From positions 4,544,001 through 4,608,000 of the forward strand of contig CM000152.2 of NCBI GenBank assembly GCA_000004695.1: 64,000 nucleotides of DNA. Direction: 5' to 3'. Under the pieces are notes generated by a model that worked only from the letters and a program-made list of their open reading frames with translations, ran no database searches and had not been told where the DNA came from. A program made the position numbers and the translations under genes. Positions 12,537 through 25,659 of the stretch are shown one piece after another (the stretch's first letter is position 1; each line of letters starts with the position of its first letter). This DNA is from Dictyostelium discoideum (lineage: Eukaryota).

Positions 12537-15500
12537 ATGGGTTTTAAAGTAAATAAAAATTTAAATGAAACAAATGACAATAGTGATAATGATGTTGCAA
12601 TTATTGGTATTGGATTTAGATTACCATCAGGTAATTTAAATAAATCAAATGATTCTCCAATTATTTTATGGGATAATTTAATGAAAGGATTTGATGGTAT
12701 GGTTGAAACATCAGAAAGATGGAGTGATAATTTCAATCAACTTGGTGAAATTTCAAATAAAAGTGGTGGATTATTACCATTAGATGAATGGAAATCATTT
12801 GATCCATTATTTTTCGGTATTAACCCATCAGAAGCTCAAACAATTGATCCTCAACAAAGAATACTATTAAAATGTACATGGGAGGCAATAGAGGATTCAA
12901 ATATTGATCCAATTAAAATTCGTGGTTCAAAAACATCAGTTTACATGGGTGGTACTTCTGTTGAATATAAAGAATTAAATAAGAATTCAAATGAAATTAA
13001 TCCAAATATTTTTGGTTCAACATTTAATACAATTGCGAATCGTATTTCATATTGTTTTGATCTTAGTGGTGAGTCTATGACATTAGATACTGCTTGTTCA
13101 TCATCTTTAAATGCAATTATCTTAGGTTATCAATCAATTAAAAGTGGTACTTCCAATTTATCAATTGTTGGTGGTGTTAATTTAATATTAGGTATGTAGT
13201 TTTATTAAATTATATAATACATATGTATATATTCATTTTTAATTACTAATAATTTTAAATTTAAAAAATAGATTCAAATTTATCAAAATCTTATTCTTAT
13301 TTAAATATGTTAAGTAAGAAAGAAGGTAAATGTATGTCATTTGATTCACGTGCAGATGGATTCGTTAGAAGTGAGGGTGCTGGTGTATTTATATTAAAAA
13401 GTTTAAAACAATCAATAATTGATGGTAATAATATTTATTGCGTTATTAAAGGAGCAAGTTCAAATATTGATGGTAATGGTTTAAATGATAAACAAAACTT
13501 TTATTCACCATCATCATCTTCACAAGCTGAAAATATTAATAGAGCACTATCATCAACTAAAGGATCTGTAAAAATTGATGATATTGTTTATGTAGAAGCA
13601 CATGGTACTGGTACACCAACTGGTGATCCAATTGAGTTAGAAGCAATTTCAAGAGTTTTCAAAACCAATAATAATGATAATAATAATCAACAACACCAAA
13701 ATCCAATATTAATTGGATCATTTAAAAGTTCCGTTGGTCATTTAGAATCAGCCTCAGGTTCAGCATCATTAGTAAAATGTTGTTTAATGTTTAAAAATCA
13801 ATATTTAACACCCAATGTTAATTTCAAAACACCAAATCCATCAATTAAATTTGATGAATGGAATTTAAAAGTTGTTACAGAACCAATACAATTTAAAGAT
13901 GTAAAGAAATCAAACAACTTTTCAATGATTTTAAATAATTTTGGTATCACTGGTTCAAATTGTTGTTTAATTTTATCACAATACAATGGAAACCATAATG
14001 ATGAACAGGAAAATCAACAACAACAACAACAACAAGGAAAACAATATTTAATTCCATTTTCAGCAAATTCAATACAATCATTAAAACAATATGAATCATT
14101 AATTAATGAAAATCAATTTAAAGAATCAAATGATTTTAAAGAATTTGTTAAACATCAAATATATAGTAAATCAATATCACTTTATCAACGTTCGGTTTCA
14201 ATAGCATCAAATTGGAATGATTTTAATGAAGGCATGAAATCAACAAATAACAACAATAATAAAACACAAACATCAAATTCAAAATCATCAAATATTTCAA
14301 TAATTCCAAAGAATCCAATCACTGTAATGGTATTTGCAGGACAAGGTTCACAATATAGTACAATGGCAATGGAATTATATAATAATGAACCAATATTTAA
14401 AGAATCAATGGATAGATTAGATAATAGATTATTAAGATATTATGGATACTCTGTATTGGAGAAATTTAGATCAAGCTGTGATAGTGATAGTATTCATTAT
14501 CCAACAATTGCTCAACCATCAATGTGTATGCTAACCATATCATTATTCGAATTATATAAACATTGGGGTATTGAAACATCATTTATTATTGGTCATAGTT
14601 TAGGTGAAATTCCAGCTGCTTATTGCTCAGGTATGATTTCATTAGATACTTTATGTTTTTTGATTTATCATAGATCAGTTGCACAAACTCATACACATCG
14701 TAATGGTAGAATGTTATCAATTAATATTAGTCCTGAAGAATATAATTCAAATTATTCATTAAAATACCCAAAAGTTGAAATTGCATGTTATAATTCACCA
14801 ACTTCGATTGTACTTGGTGGTGAAGAAACAATATTAAATCAAATATCAAATGATTTAAAAGAAAAAGGAATATTCTCAGCGATGTTAGGTTCACTATCAT
14901 CATTCCATACATCAAGCCAAAGAATTATTAAAGACCAAGTCATTGATTTAAATATTGAATGTAAATTAGCAAAAATTCCATCATTTTCAACAGTTACAAC
15001 CAATTTATTCAATGAAACGACATTATTCAATTCAGAATATATTTTTAATAATATGGCTCTACCAGTTAAATTTTCACAATCAATTTCAAATCTATTTAAA
15101 CATATTGAAATAAATAATTTAGGAAGTGATATTGTTTTCATTGAATTAGCACCACATCCAACATTACAATTTTATTTAAAACAAATGGCATCATCATATG
15201 AAAAAGTCAATTCAAATTTAAAAATATCAACATATTCACCACTTCACAAGAAAAAGAATGATATCGAAGAGATTCAAAAAACAATTTCACAACTTTATTG
15301 TAATAATGGGTACAGTATTAATTTTAAATCACAATTTAATAATGATTTTAAAATTAATAAAATCAATTCAATATTACCAAATTATCAATGGGAAGATGTA
15401 ATTCACTGGAGAGAAGATTTAATTCATCAAAAACATAATACTCAAGGACCACCAATTGATCAACTTGGTTTATCATTAATTGAAAGTTCACCAAATTTAA

Positions 15501-15809
15501 AATCATATCAAACATTTATTGATATTTCTAGAAAACCATTCCAATATCTTAAAGGTCATTTTGTGAATGGCAAATATTATTTCCCAGGTTGTGGTTATAT
15601 TGATAATCTTTTAAAAATTTATGGTTCACAAGATTTTACAATTGCTTCAATGGAATTTAAATCACCATTAATTTTTACGGAAGGTGTTAGTCAATGTTTA
15701 CAAACAAACATTTTCCAAACTGGTAAATCAGAATTCAGAGTTAACTATCATTTTAAAGATACAAAATCAAATGAATGGATACAATCATCAGTTGCTCATT
15801 TCCAATTAT

Positions 15810-15879
<70 letters not shown>

Positions 15880-18800
15880 TAGTGACGATGGAAATAGTAC
15901 CAATAAAAAATATAATATTGAAGATATTATAAATAATAAATGCAATTTCACAAAATTATCAAACAATGAACTTTATGAAAATATTAAATCAAAAACTGGT
16001 ATATATTATACTGGAGAATTTAAAACAGTATCAAACCTTTATGTGGGTGAAAATTGTTCATTAGCAGAAATACCAATAACAATTAAATCTTATGAATCAT
16101 CATTTTTCTCACCATCAATATTAGATACTTGTTTACATGGTACAATTGGATTAATTGATGAAAAATCTCAAATTGTATTTGAAAGAGTTGAAGGATTCGA
16201 ATACCATTCTTCAAATATTCCATCACAAAATGAATTATCATCATTAAAACATACAAAGCTATATTCATTAACAGAATCATTCAAAAGGGTTGGAGATTCA
16301 TATTCAAGTTCAATTACAGTTATGTTGGAGGATGGTAGAGTTTTAATTGAATTTAAAAAGGTTGTATGTAAATCTTTAACTAATGTTATTGATTCATTAA
16401 TAATACAATCACCATTAAATGAATTATATTCAACATGTATGCAAACAATTGATTCACCAATTCAACCTTCTTTATCATCATCATCATTGATACAACTACT
16501 TGGCAACACCAATGAAAAAGTTAAAATTAATTATAGTCAATTCATTTCAAATCAATTGTATTACAATATAATTAAAAGATGTCCACAACTTAATATTGAA
16601 ACAATCAAATCAAAGAATATTGAACAGTTAAAAGAAAGTTACAACTCTTTAAATACTAAATATTCAAAATTATTCAAATCAGTATTTGAAACAATTCAAT
16701 CGATTGGTATAAATAATGAAGATAATAGTGAATTTAATGAAACAAACATTCAGCATTATAAAATCTTATTGAAATCAACTAGAATAATTGCAAAATTATT
16801 ATTCCCATTAAAAGATGATGATTTAAGTAAGGATACAGGACAATCATTATTTGAAAATGGAATTTTAGATGAATTCAATTCAAATTATTTTAATAATAAT
16901 AATCAAGTTATTAGCAACATAATTAAAGAATCACTTTTACCAATATTAAATGAAAAGATGGTATTCAGAATATTTGGATTTGGAGGTTTTGGATCATCAT
17001 TATCATCAGTTGTTTTAAATAAAATCAATGAATTACTTCAAGAATTTCCAAATAGCGAAATTGATATAGAATTCACTCATGCTGATATTTCATCATCATC
17101 ATCTTCTTTTGGTAGTAGTACACCAAATTTCAAACCAAATTTCCCACAAATAAATGAAAAAGTTCATATAATTTATAAATCATTAGATCTTGAAAAACAA
17201 TTATCAAGTGAACAAATGATTAAACCATCATATTATGATTTTGTAATCATGTCAAATGTTTTACATTTTACAAAAGATGTTAAATCGGTATTGGATCAAA
17301 TCCATCAAATTTTAAAACCAAATGGCCAAATTATATTAGTAGAACCTATTAATAAATCAATTTTACTTGATAATATATTTGGTATTTTCGATCAATGGTG
17401 GAGTTTTACAGATTTAAATATTAGAAGAAATGATTGTTATATTTCAAAAGATACTTGGAATAGCTTACTATTAGATTGTAATTTTGATAATAGTAAAGTT
17501 TTAATTTCAACAAAAGAAATTTCAAACTTTTATATAATTCAAACTCAAAAACCTTCAATTTCAAATTTAAATACAAATTCAACTACAAATGGTGATACAG
17601 TTATAATCTATGGTGATGAATTAAAATTTATAAGTTCTGATAGTAATAAAGAAATTAAAATTTCAAATATTCAACAATTTAATGAATTAATTGAAAAATC
17701 AATAATAACAGATGAATCAATTATTTACTTTACAAAATCAACAAATCAATTAACAGTAGATAATTTCAAATTAGTAACATTGGAATATATTCAAATCAAT
17801 CAAAAACTATTATCAAATAATTTAAAATGTAAACATGTATTGATTACATTAAATTCTGACAATATGAATTATTTATCAGCATCATTAATAGGAGCAACTA
17901 GATATTTTGAAGAATTTCCACAATTAAATTTATTCAATTTAGATTTCGATCAAAATTCAATAAATAATAATGAATTAGAAAAAACAATTAAATTGTTATT
18001 AGATTCAAACCAATTCATTCAAAAAGAATTCTTTATAAAGAATAGTAAAGTTTATTACGAAAGATATAAGAGAGAATTGAATTTAAATAATTTCTTTAAA
18101 GAATCCCAATCATTTTCAAATGAAAAGAACCAATTATACGCAAAATTATCACCAAATTTAGAATATATTTTAAAATCAAAAAAGGTTATAAAAGATGATG
18201 AAATTGAAGTAGAAGTAAAAGCAACAGGTATTAATTATAAAGATTATTTAATTTATTGTGGATTAGTATCAGCTGAATCAATTAATCGTTATGGTGATGT
18301 TAATAATCCTGAATTTGGTATTGAATACTCTGGTATTATTTCACGTATTGGTAATAATATAACAAATTTTGAAATTGGTGACCAAGTTTATGGTATGGGA
18401 TTAGATACAATTTCAACTCATGTAATTGTAAATCCAAACTATTGTTATCATAAACCAACAAATATCAGTTTTCAAGAAGCAGCATCAATACCATGTGTTT
18501 ATTTAACATCATTATGCTCAATATTTAATATTGGATGTTTAAGTGTTAGTGGTAATGAATCAATTTTAATTCATTCAGGTACAGGTGGTGTAGGATTATC
18601 AGCATTGAATATATTAAAATGGAAAGGTCATAAATCTCATGTATTTGTAACAGTAGGTTCAAAAGAAAAAGAAAAATACCTACTAGATACATATGGTGAT
18701 TTTATAACTGGAATTTATTCAACAAGAAATAAAAATTATGTTGAACAAATTAAATTAAAATTAAAACAATTAGGATCAAATAAGAATGGTGTAGATTTAA

Positions 18801-21616
18801 TATTGAATACATTATCAAGTGATTATATGGAATCAAATTTCAAATGTTTAAATACAAGTGGTAGAATTGTAGATTTATCTGTGACTCATTTAAATCATAA
18901 TGAATATATTAATAATAATAATTTTAAATTCAATTTTGGTTATCATAATTTTGAATTAACATTTATTAATAAATTTTTAATTCAAAAATCATTAAAGAAA
19001 ATTAAAATTGGAATTGAAAGCGGTGAATTAAAATTAATACCAATAACTGCATATTCAAACTCAAATGCAAAAGAAGCAATTGAATTTATTAATCAACGTA
19101 AACATATTGGTAAAATAGTTTTAAATAATGATAATGATATTTTAGATTCATTATTTAATAATCTTTCAAATGAAAGAAATTCAAAATTTACAACTCTTAA
19201 ACCAAATTATCAAATAAATAAAGACCATTTGGGTTCAAATATAATAGTTACAGGTCAATCTGGTATAATTTTAGAGATTTTAAAATGGATTGTTAAATTT
19301 TCAGAAAATGTTAAAAATATTATTATATTATCAAAATCATCTATGAAATGGGGTTTGGAATTATTAATTAAAAAGAATAAACATATAAATTTCAATTTTA
19401 AGAGTATTGATATTGGTGATTCAAATCAAGTTGATAAATCAATTGATGAAATTTTAAATGAAAATTCAATAACAAATATTGATTCAATTTTTCATTTTGC
19501 ATTCGAACATACTATATGTGATGTAAATGATATTGAAATTAATCATTTGACCAAATCTCATGGTGCAAAAACAATGGGTGCAATTAATTTACATAATCAA
19601 TCAATTAAAAGAAATTGGAAATTAAAACAATTTATTTTATCATCATCAGTAACATCGATGATTGGTTCAACTGATCAATGTACATATGTTTGTTCTAATA
19701 GATTATTGGATTCATTATCAAAGTATAGAAATTCTATTGGATTACCTTCAATATGTACAAACTATGGGTCAGTACAATCTGCAGGTATTGTTTCAAGAAA
19801 TAAATCTATTGAAAAATTATTAGATGCTCAAGGTTTAGATCCATTATCAATTAATATGATATTAGGTTCATTAGATTCACAAATTCAAAATGTAAACAAA
19901 TCAACAAATTTAATGGTATCACCGTTCAATTTTAATAATTTCTTTGAAACTTTTAAAAATCATTCAATGATTCATAAATTTGATTTCATTACAAATCTTT
20001 TAGAAAATAATAAATCAAAAAATAGTAATAATGGTAATACAGAAGGAGAATCAAATATTGATACATTATTTTTAAATAAAGTTTCAGAATTATTATCAAT
20101 GGAATTACCAAAGATTAATCAGGATTTGAAGTTGGTGGAGTATGGTTCAGATTCATTATTAATTGTTCAATTAAAAAATTGGATAGATAAAGAAATCTTT
20201 CCAAATTTAATTACAATTCAACAACTTCAAACTAATACAATTTCATCATCAATTAAAATCATTACAAATCAATTTAATTCTAAATCAACTGATGGTAGAA
20301 AAAAACAAAAACAAAATGGAATTAATGTTTCATCAAATAAATCATCATTACCAACTTTAGAATTTTGGAAAAATGAAACTAAACTTGATGAAGAAGAATT
20401 TAATTTTATATTAGATTCTTCAACCAAATCAAAAATAAATCATAAAGATCAATTAAAAGATAATGAAAAAAGAATTCTTTTAACTGGTAGTACTGGATTT
20501 TTAGGTGCATACCTACTTTGGCATTTAATTCAAATGGACAATTGTAAAATTGTTTATTGTTTATTAAGAAACAAAAAACTATTTAATAATCCATTAAATG
20601 ATATAATAGATAATTTAAAACATCATCAATTATATGATAAACAATTAAATGAAAGTCATTTATCAAAAATTGTTGCAGTTGTAGGTGATTTATCAAAAAT
20701 TAAATTTGGTTTATCAGATGATAATTATTCATTACTTTCAAATGATACAAATTTATTATTAAATTGTGGTGCTGATATTAATTTATCATCAAATTATGAA
20801 GAGTCAAAACAAGTAAATGTAGTTGGTACAAAAGAAATGATAAAAATATCATTAATTGGTAATATAAAACCAAAACCAATTATTACAATCTCATCATTTT
20901 CAGTATTTTATAATCAAAAGTTAAATCAAGAGTTTGATGAATCAATTGTTACACCAAAACTTGAAACGATTAATGATTTACCAGCAGGTTATATTCAAAG
21001 TAAAGTTATTTCAGAAATTATATTAACAGAAGCATCATCAAGATTCAATATACCATCAGCAATAATCAGAGCACCAAGTATTTTCTCAAATCCTGAAACT
21101 GGTATTGGTCATAGTGCTGATATCATTCAATTAATGTTACAATCTTGCTTTAAATTAGGTTATTACCCAAGTGGTAATGGAGTTGATTTTGATCTTCTTT
21201 GTTCACCAATAACATGGGTCGCTGATAATACTATTAAAATTATTTTTAATGATAATATTATTAACAACAAAGAACCTCAACAATTAACATCACCATTAAA
21301 ACCAAATATTTACAGTGTATATGGAAAAGTTTTAGATTTATTTGAGATTTTACAAGTATTAAAGAGTGATGAAGGTGGCAATTGTAAAGAAATTGAAATT
21401 AATCAATGGAAGCAAATGGTAATGGATTCAAAAGAAAAAGCATGTATTAAATTAAGAACTTTTCACACTTTACAATTTGATGGTAGAAATATTTTAAATA
21501 AAGGTCATGGAATTTCAAATAAACAAAAATCATATCTACAATCAATTGGATCTTTTGGAAATGGTGGTGAAATCACTAATCAAATGATATTCAAGAATGT
21601 TCAATCAAATAATTAA
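12537..21616 (+). CDS. Type I iterative highly reducing polyketide synthase, KS-AT-DH-cMT-ER-KR-ACP-R. Two exons: 12537..13195 and 13274..21616, about 3000 aa
   Basis: - KS: active site DTACSSS around 13090, and EAHGTGT.
- AT: GHSLGE around 14596.
- DH: HxxxGxxxxP-like [16 protein letters not shown].
- cMT: SAM motif IFGFGGFG and VLHFTKDV...[11 protein letters not shown].
- ER: [17 protein letters not shown].
- KR: [13 protein letters not shown] and YVCSN.
- ACP: EYGSDSLL.
- Terminal SDR-type thioester reductase: [14 protein letters not shown].
- Single intron GTATGT...AATAG immediately after the KS catalytic Cys region.
- An (AAT)23 poly-Asn insertion lies in the DH region. Confidence 0.9.
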
Positions 21617-21970
21617 AAAAACAGGTTCTCTATCAAGTTAATATAGACTTTATTGTACTTAAGCTGAGGAAGATAAAGAATTTTAGAGTAGTCTAAAAAT
21701 AAAAAATAATAAAAAAATAAAAATAAATAAATAAATTAATAGCTTATAAATTACAATTATTATTTTGGTTTAGATTTATCTAATTCAGAATTATGATTTT
21801 AAATAAGATGTTATTGTTTTTTTTTTTTTTAAAGTTTAAAAATTAGATAAATGAATAATTAAATAATATTTTGTTATGTTTATAAAATACCTTTCTAGAG
21901 TGGTATAAATTTGGGAAGGTTGATTTTAGAATTCCGAACTTCGGATTTTCTGAAGAAAGACATAAAATTT

Positions 21971-22041
21971 TGCGTATGCTGGGAATCGAACCCAGTTCGC
22001 ATCCGTGGCAGGGATGCATCATACCACTAGACCACATACGC
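21971..22041 (-). tRNA. tRNA-Gly (anticodon GCC), 71 nt
   Basis: The reverse complement folds as a cloverleaf: acceptor GCGTATG/CATACGC, anticodon arm CATCC-CTGCCAC-GGATG, T arm CTGGG-TTCGATT-CCCAG, discriminator A. A B-box-like GTTCGGAATTC about 30-40 bp downstream (plus coordinates about 21931..21942) is consistent with a Dictyostelium ex-B box. Confidence 0.85.
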
Positions 22042-22088
22042 TTTTTTGATATTTTGAAAAAAGATAACGTAATTGTATTTTTAAAAAT

Positions 22089-22149
22089 AGAAGATCGAAA
22101 AAAACAAACAATCTCTTTTTTTGATTATTTCATTTTTCATATAAAAAGC

Positions 22150-22184
<35 letters not shown>

Positions 22185-22190
22185 GGAACC
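22089..22190 (+). repeat. Short poly(A)-terminated retroelement-like fragment about 48 bp upstream of tRNA-Gly (candidate solo 3' module of a TRE5-type element)
   Basis: The sequence ...ctctttttttgattatttcatttttcatataaaaagcc is followed by A36. The same about 30-bp motif recurs in every unit of the 24053..25380 satellite. The position roughly 48 bp 5' of a tRNA gene is the known TRE5 target distance. This is an inference only. Confidence 0.35.
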
Positions 22191-22381
22191 CAAGTTAATC
22201 AGAAAATTTCCAGATTTTTTAACTTATTTAAGTAAAATAAAAAAAATAGAAAGAAAATAAGATGAAAATCACAAATATGTCATCAACATCAATCACGAAG
22301 CCGACGATAAAATAAAAAAGATTAAGAAAAAAGTGTGGACGAAAAAGATGTTATAATCAAAAGTAATAATACAATAGAAAG

Positions 22382-22430
<49 letters not shown>

Positions 22431-23820
22431 CTAACCCCTCTTTTAGAGACCGTGTAAAAAACTACAAATAAAATGAGATCTTGCATCTCAAGGAGAAGCA
22501 ACTAATAATTGCGTTATCCAATTCAAAAAAAAAAAGTATTTTCAAAAATAGCTTTGAATTAAAACCTTCACAGTTAATCCATTAAAGGAAATAAACAACA
22601 ATTATTAGTTTTACTTAATAATTATTTTAAAATATTGGTTGTAATTTCATTCTTCTAACATAAAATAGACTTTTTTTTATTTGAATCGGAATATAATATA
22701 TTTTTTTAAATAACATCATCACAATTTAAATTTAGTGTGATTAAAAATAAATTTGAGAGTCACTTTATTTTTTTTTTGGAAAATATCAAAATGCGAATTT
22801 AAATTTTAAAATGTAAAGTAGTAATTCTTTTTTTATTTATTTTGAATTACTTAAATAAAGAATTTTAATTTTAAAATATAGTGTATTATTATTATAATTA
22901 TTATTTTTTTTTAAAATATATTCAGTTTTAAATATGTTGGTATTTAAAATTAAATGAATTAAATATTGAAATTGTTGTTAATTATAAGAATTGGTCAAGG
23001 GTACTATATTCAGAAGATACAATAAGCTTGTCATGTTAATTCAAATTAATAATAAAGTATGTGTAAAATAAATATATGTAGTAATATTATCAGATATTTA
23101 AAATTAATGTTTTATTTGTTTTTATTTTTTAAGAATAAACACGATGACGCTATGAAATCAACAAAAAACAAATCGCATAAGTCGACTTCACCTTTAGAAA
23201 AGCGATGTGACAAAAATTCTAACAAAAGTTAAAACGAAACCTCAAATAACAAAACCATCACAATTATTTTTTTTTTTTTTTATTTTATTATAATATAATT
23301 AATCAGATTTTTTTTTTTTTTTTGATATAAATAAACTATTGTAGTATACAATTAGTATGTAATTTTTATTTATTTATTTTAGGTTTTTTAGTTTTTGTGA
23401 ATTTAAAATAGTATGTTATTTTAGATTAGGTAATTAATAATTAATTGGTGGTGTAATTGTTGGAATTGGTTCATTAGTGTTTATGCTCCATTCTTTTTTA
23501 AATTTTTTGATGGTTTCGGACCATTGGGTTTCTTTTTGAGTTTTTGTGAGGTTGTTTTTAATTGAGTATTGGTTAAAGTTTGTTTTTTTTTTTTTTTTTT
23601 TAATATTGGATTAACAAGATTGATATATGTCCATCTGTGTTAATACGAGTTTTATTTAATATTTATTTATAGGCTTATCATTTAAGCTGAAGGGTTATTT
23701 TAATCATATGAATTGATCAAAAGATATAATATTTGGGAGAGATGATTCTGGAATACAATAGTAATTAGCTGTTGTTTTTCTTAGCTTGATCGTTGAGGTG
23801 ATTAAAGTTTGATAAAGTAT

Positions 23821-23847
23821 TTAATTAATCAGATATCGAACCCATGA

Positions 23848-23881
<34 letters not shown>

Positions 23882-23930
23882 TAAAAGCGGTGTTAGAACC
23901 CATGACCTATAATAGATATTTACTAAAAAA
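23821..23930 (-). promoter_or_regulatory. Two ex-B-box-like elements downstream of tRNA-Arg, separated by a T28 tract
   Basis: On the minus strand the elements read AGGTCATGGGTTCTAACACC and GGTCATGGGTTCGATATCTG. Both approximate the pol III B-box GGTTCGANTCC, as expected for Dictyostelium external B boxes. Confidence 0.5.
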
Positions 23931-23933
23931 ATT

Positions 23934-24006
23934 CACCCATTGTGGGTCTCGATCCCACGACCTGCAGCTTAGAAGGCTGCCGCAATTCCAACTTTGCTAA
24001 ACGGGC
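23934..24006 (-). tRNA. tRNA-Arg (anticodon UCU), 73 nt
   Basis: The reverse complement is GCCCGTT-TA-GCAA-AGTTGGAA-TTGC-G-GCAGC-CTTCTAA-GCTGC-AGGTC-GTGGG-ATCGAGA-CCCAC-AATGGGT-G. All four stems pair, with two G-U wobble pairs in the acceptor stem. The anticodon loop is CTTCTAA. Confidence 0.8.
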
Positions 24007-24052
24007 TTTGATATTTTTTCATTTTTAATATCTTTAATAACTACTTATTTGA

Positions 24053-25316
24053 GAGTAAGAGAAAAAACATCAACAACAACACTTTTTTTATTTGATTATT
24101 TCATTTTTCATATAAAAAAAAGACTTAAAAAAAATAAAATAAAATACACTTAGAGTAAACTACTTTATTTCTTTATTTTATTGTAATTTATTTTTTTCTT
24201 TTTTTTGAAAATTTTGCGAAGCAAAATTGAAAAAAAAAAGGAAAAAATAATCAGTAAGAGAAAAAACATCAACAACAACACTTTTTTTATTTGATTATTT
24301 CATTTTTCATATAAAAAAAAGACTTAAAAAAAATAAAATAAAATACACTTAGAGTAAACTACTTTATTTCTTTATTTTATTGTAATTTATTTTTTTCTTT
24401 TTTTTGAAAATTTTGCGAAGCAAAATTGAAAAAAAAAAGGAAAAAATAATCAGTAAGAGAAAAATCATCAACAACAACACTTTTTTTATTTGATTATTTC
24501 ATTTTTCAGATAAAAAAAAGACTTAAAAAAAATAAAATAAAATACACTTAGAGTAAACTACTTTATTTCTTTATTTTAGTGTAATTTATTTTTTTCTTTT
24601 TTTTGAAAATTTTGCGAAGCAAAATTGAAAAAAAAAAGGAAAAAATAATCAGTAAGAGAAAAAACATCAACAACAACACTTTTTTTATTTGATTATTTCA
24701 TTTTTCATATAAAAAAAAGACTTAAAAAAAATAAAATAAAATACACTTAGAGTAAACTACTTTATTTCTTTATTTTATTGTAATTTATTTTTTTCTTTTT
24801 TTTGAAAATTTTGCGAAGCAAAATTGAAAAAAAAAAGGAAAAAATAATCAGTAAGAGAAAAAACATCAACAACAACACTTTTTTTATTTGATTATTTCAT
24901 TTTTCATATAAAAAAAAGACTTAAAAAAAATAAAATAAAATACACTTAGAGTAAACTACTTTATTTCTTTATTTTATTGTAATTTATTTTTTTCTTTTTT
25001 TTGAAAATTTTGCGAAGCAAAATTGAAAAAAAAAAGGAAAAAATAATCAGTAAGAGAAAAAACATCAACAACAACACTTTTTTTATTTGATTATTTCATT
25101 TTTCATATAAAAAAAAGACTTAAAAAAAATAAAATAAAATACACTTAGAGTAAACTACTTTATTTCTTTATTTTATTGTAATTTATTTTTTTCTTTTTTT
25201 TGAAAATTTTGCGAAGCAAAATTGAAAAAAAAAGGAAAAAATAATCAGTAAGAGAAAAAACATCAACAACAACACTTTTTTTATTTGATTATTTCATTTT
25301 TCATATAAAAAAAAGA

Positions 25317-25380
<64 letters not shown>
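24053..25380. repeat. Tandem satellite: 7 copies of a roughly 195-201 bp unit (last copy truncated), terminating in an A60 tract
   Basis: The unit core (agtaagagaaaaaacatcaacaacaac...ttgattatttcatttttcatataaaaaaaagac...gaaaattttgcgaagcaaaattgaaaaaaaaaaggaaaaaataatc) recurs with starts near 24053, 24253, 24454, 24650, 24849, 25047 and 25243. Copies differ by a few substitutions. Confidence 0.9.
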
Positions 25381-25383
<3 letters not shown>

Positions 25384-25659
25384 CCGAAAACATTCTTTCA
25401 GGGAATTTCCAGAATTTTAAATTTTTAAAGCCGAATAAAGATTTTAAAGAAAAAAAAAAGAAATGAATAAATTGGCAAATACAATAATGACAGTGTTAGA
25501 GACTCAAAACTAAATTAATTTAAAGTTAGTATGAGCTCAACAACGTAACAAATTCGCGCATCTCCATGTAAAAATATTTCATTTAATTTTTATTTTTATT
25601 TTTTAATTTTTTAATTTTTTATTTTTTCAGTCAAAAAATAAAAAATTAAATTAAAAAAA

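Noticed and set aside
13798-16280. Several 60-100 aa minus-strand ORFs inside the PKS (13798..13986, 14727..15141, 16083..16280)
   Set aside because: These are embedded antisense to a continuous, domain-rich PKS reading frame, with no motifs. They are chance ORFs in AT-rich sequence.
21843-22260. ORFs 21843..22037 (-) and 21970..22260 (+) overlapping tRNA-Gly, and ORF 62243..62428 (-) overlapping tRNA-Leu
   Set aside because: They overlap well-folded tRNA genes and poly(A) tracts and have no coding signal.
24053-25380. Regular direct repeats that superficially resemble a CRISPR array
   Set aside because: The context is eukaryotic and the unit is about 198 bp. There is no alternation of short repeats with unique spacers; the copies are near-identical satellite units. 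This is not CRISPR.
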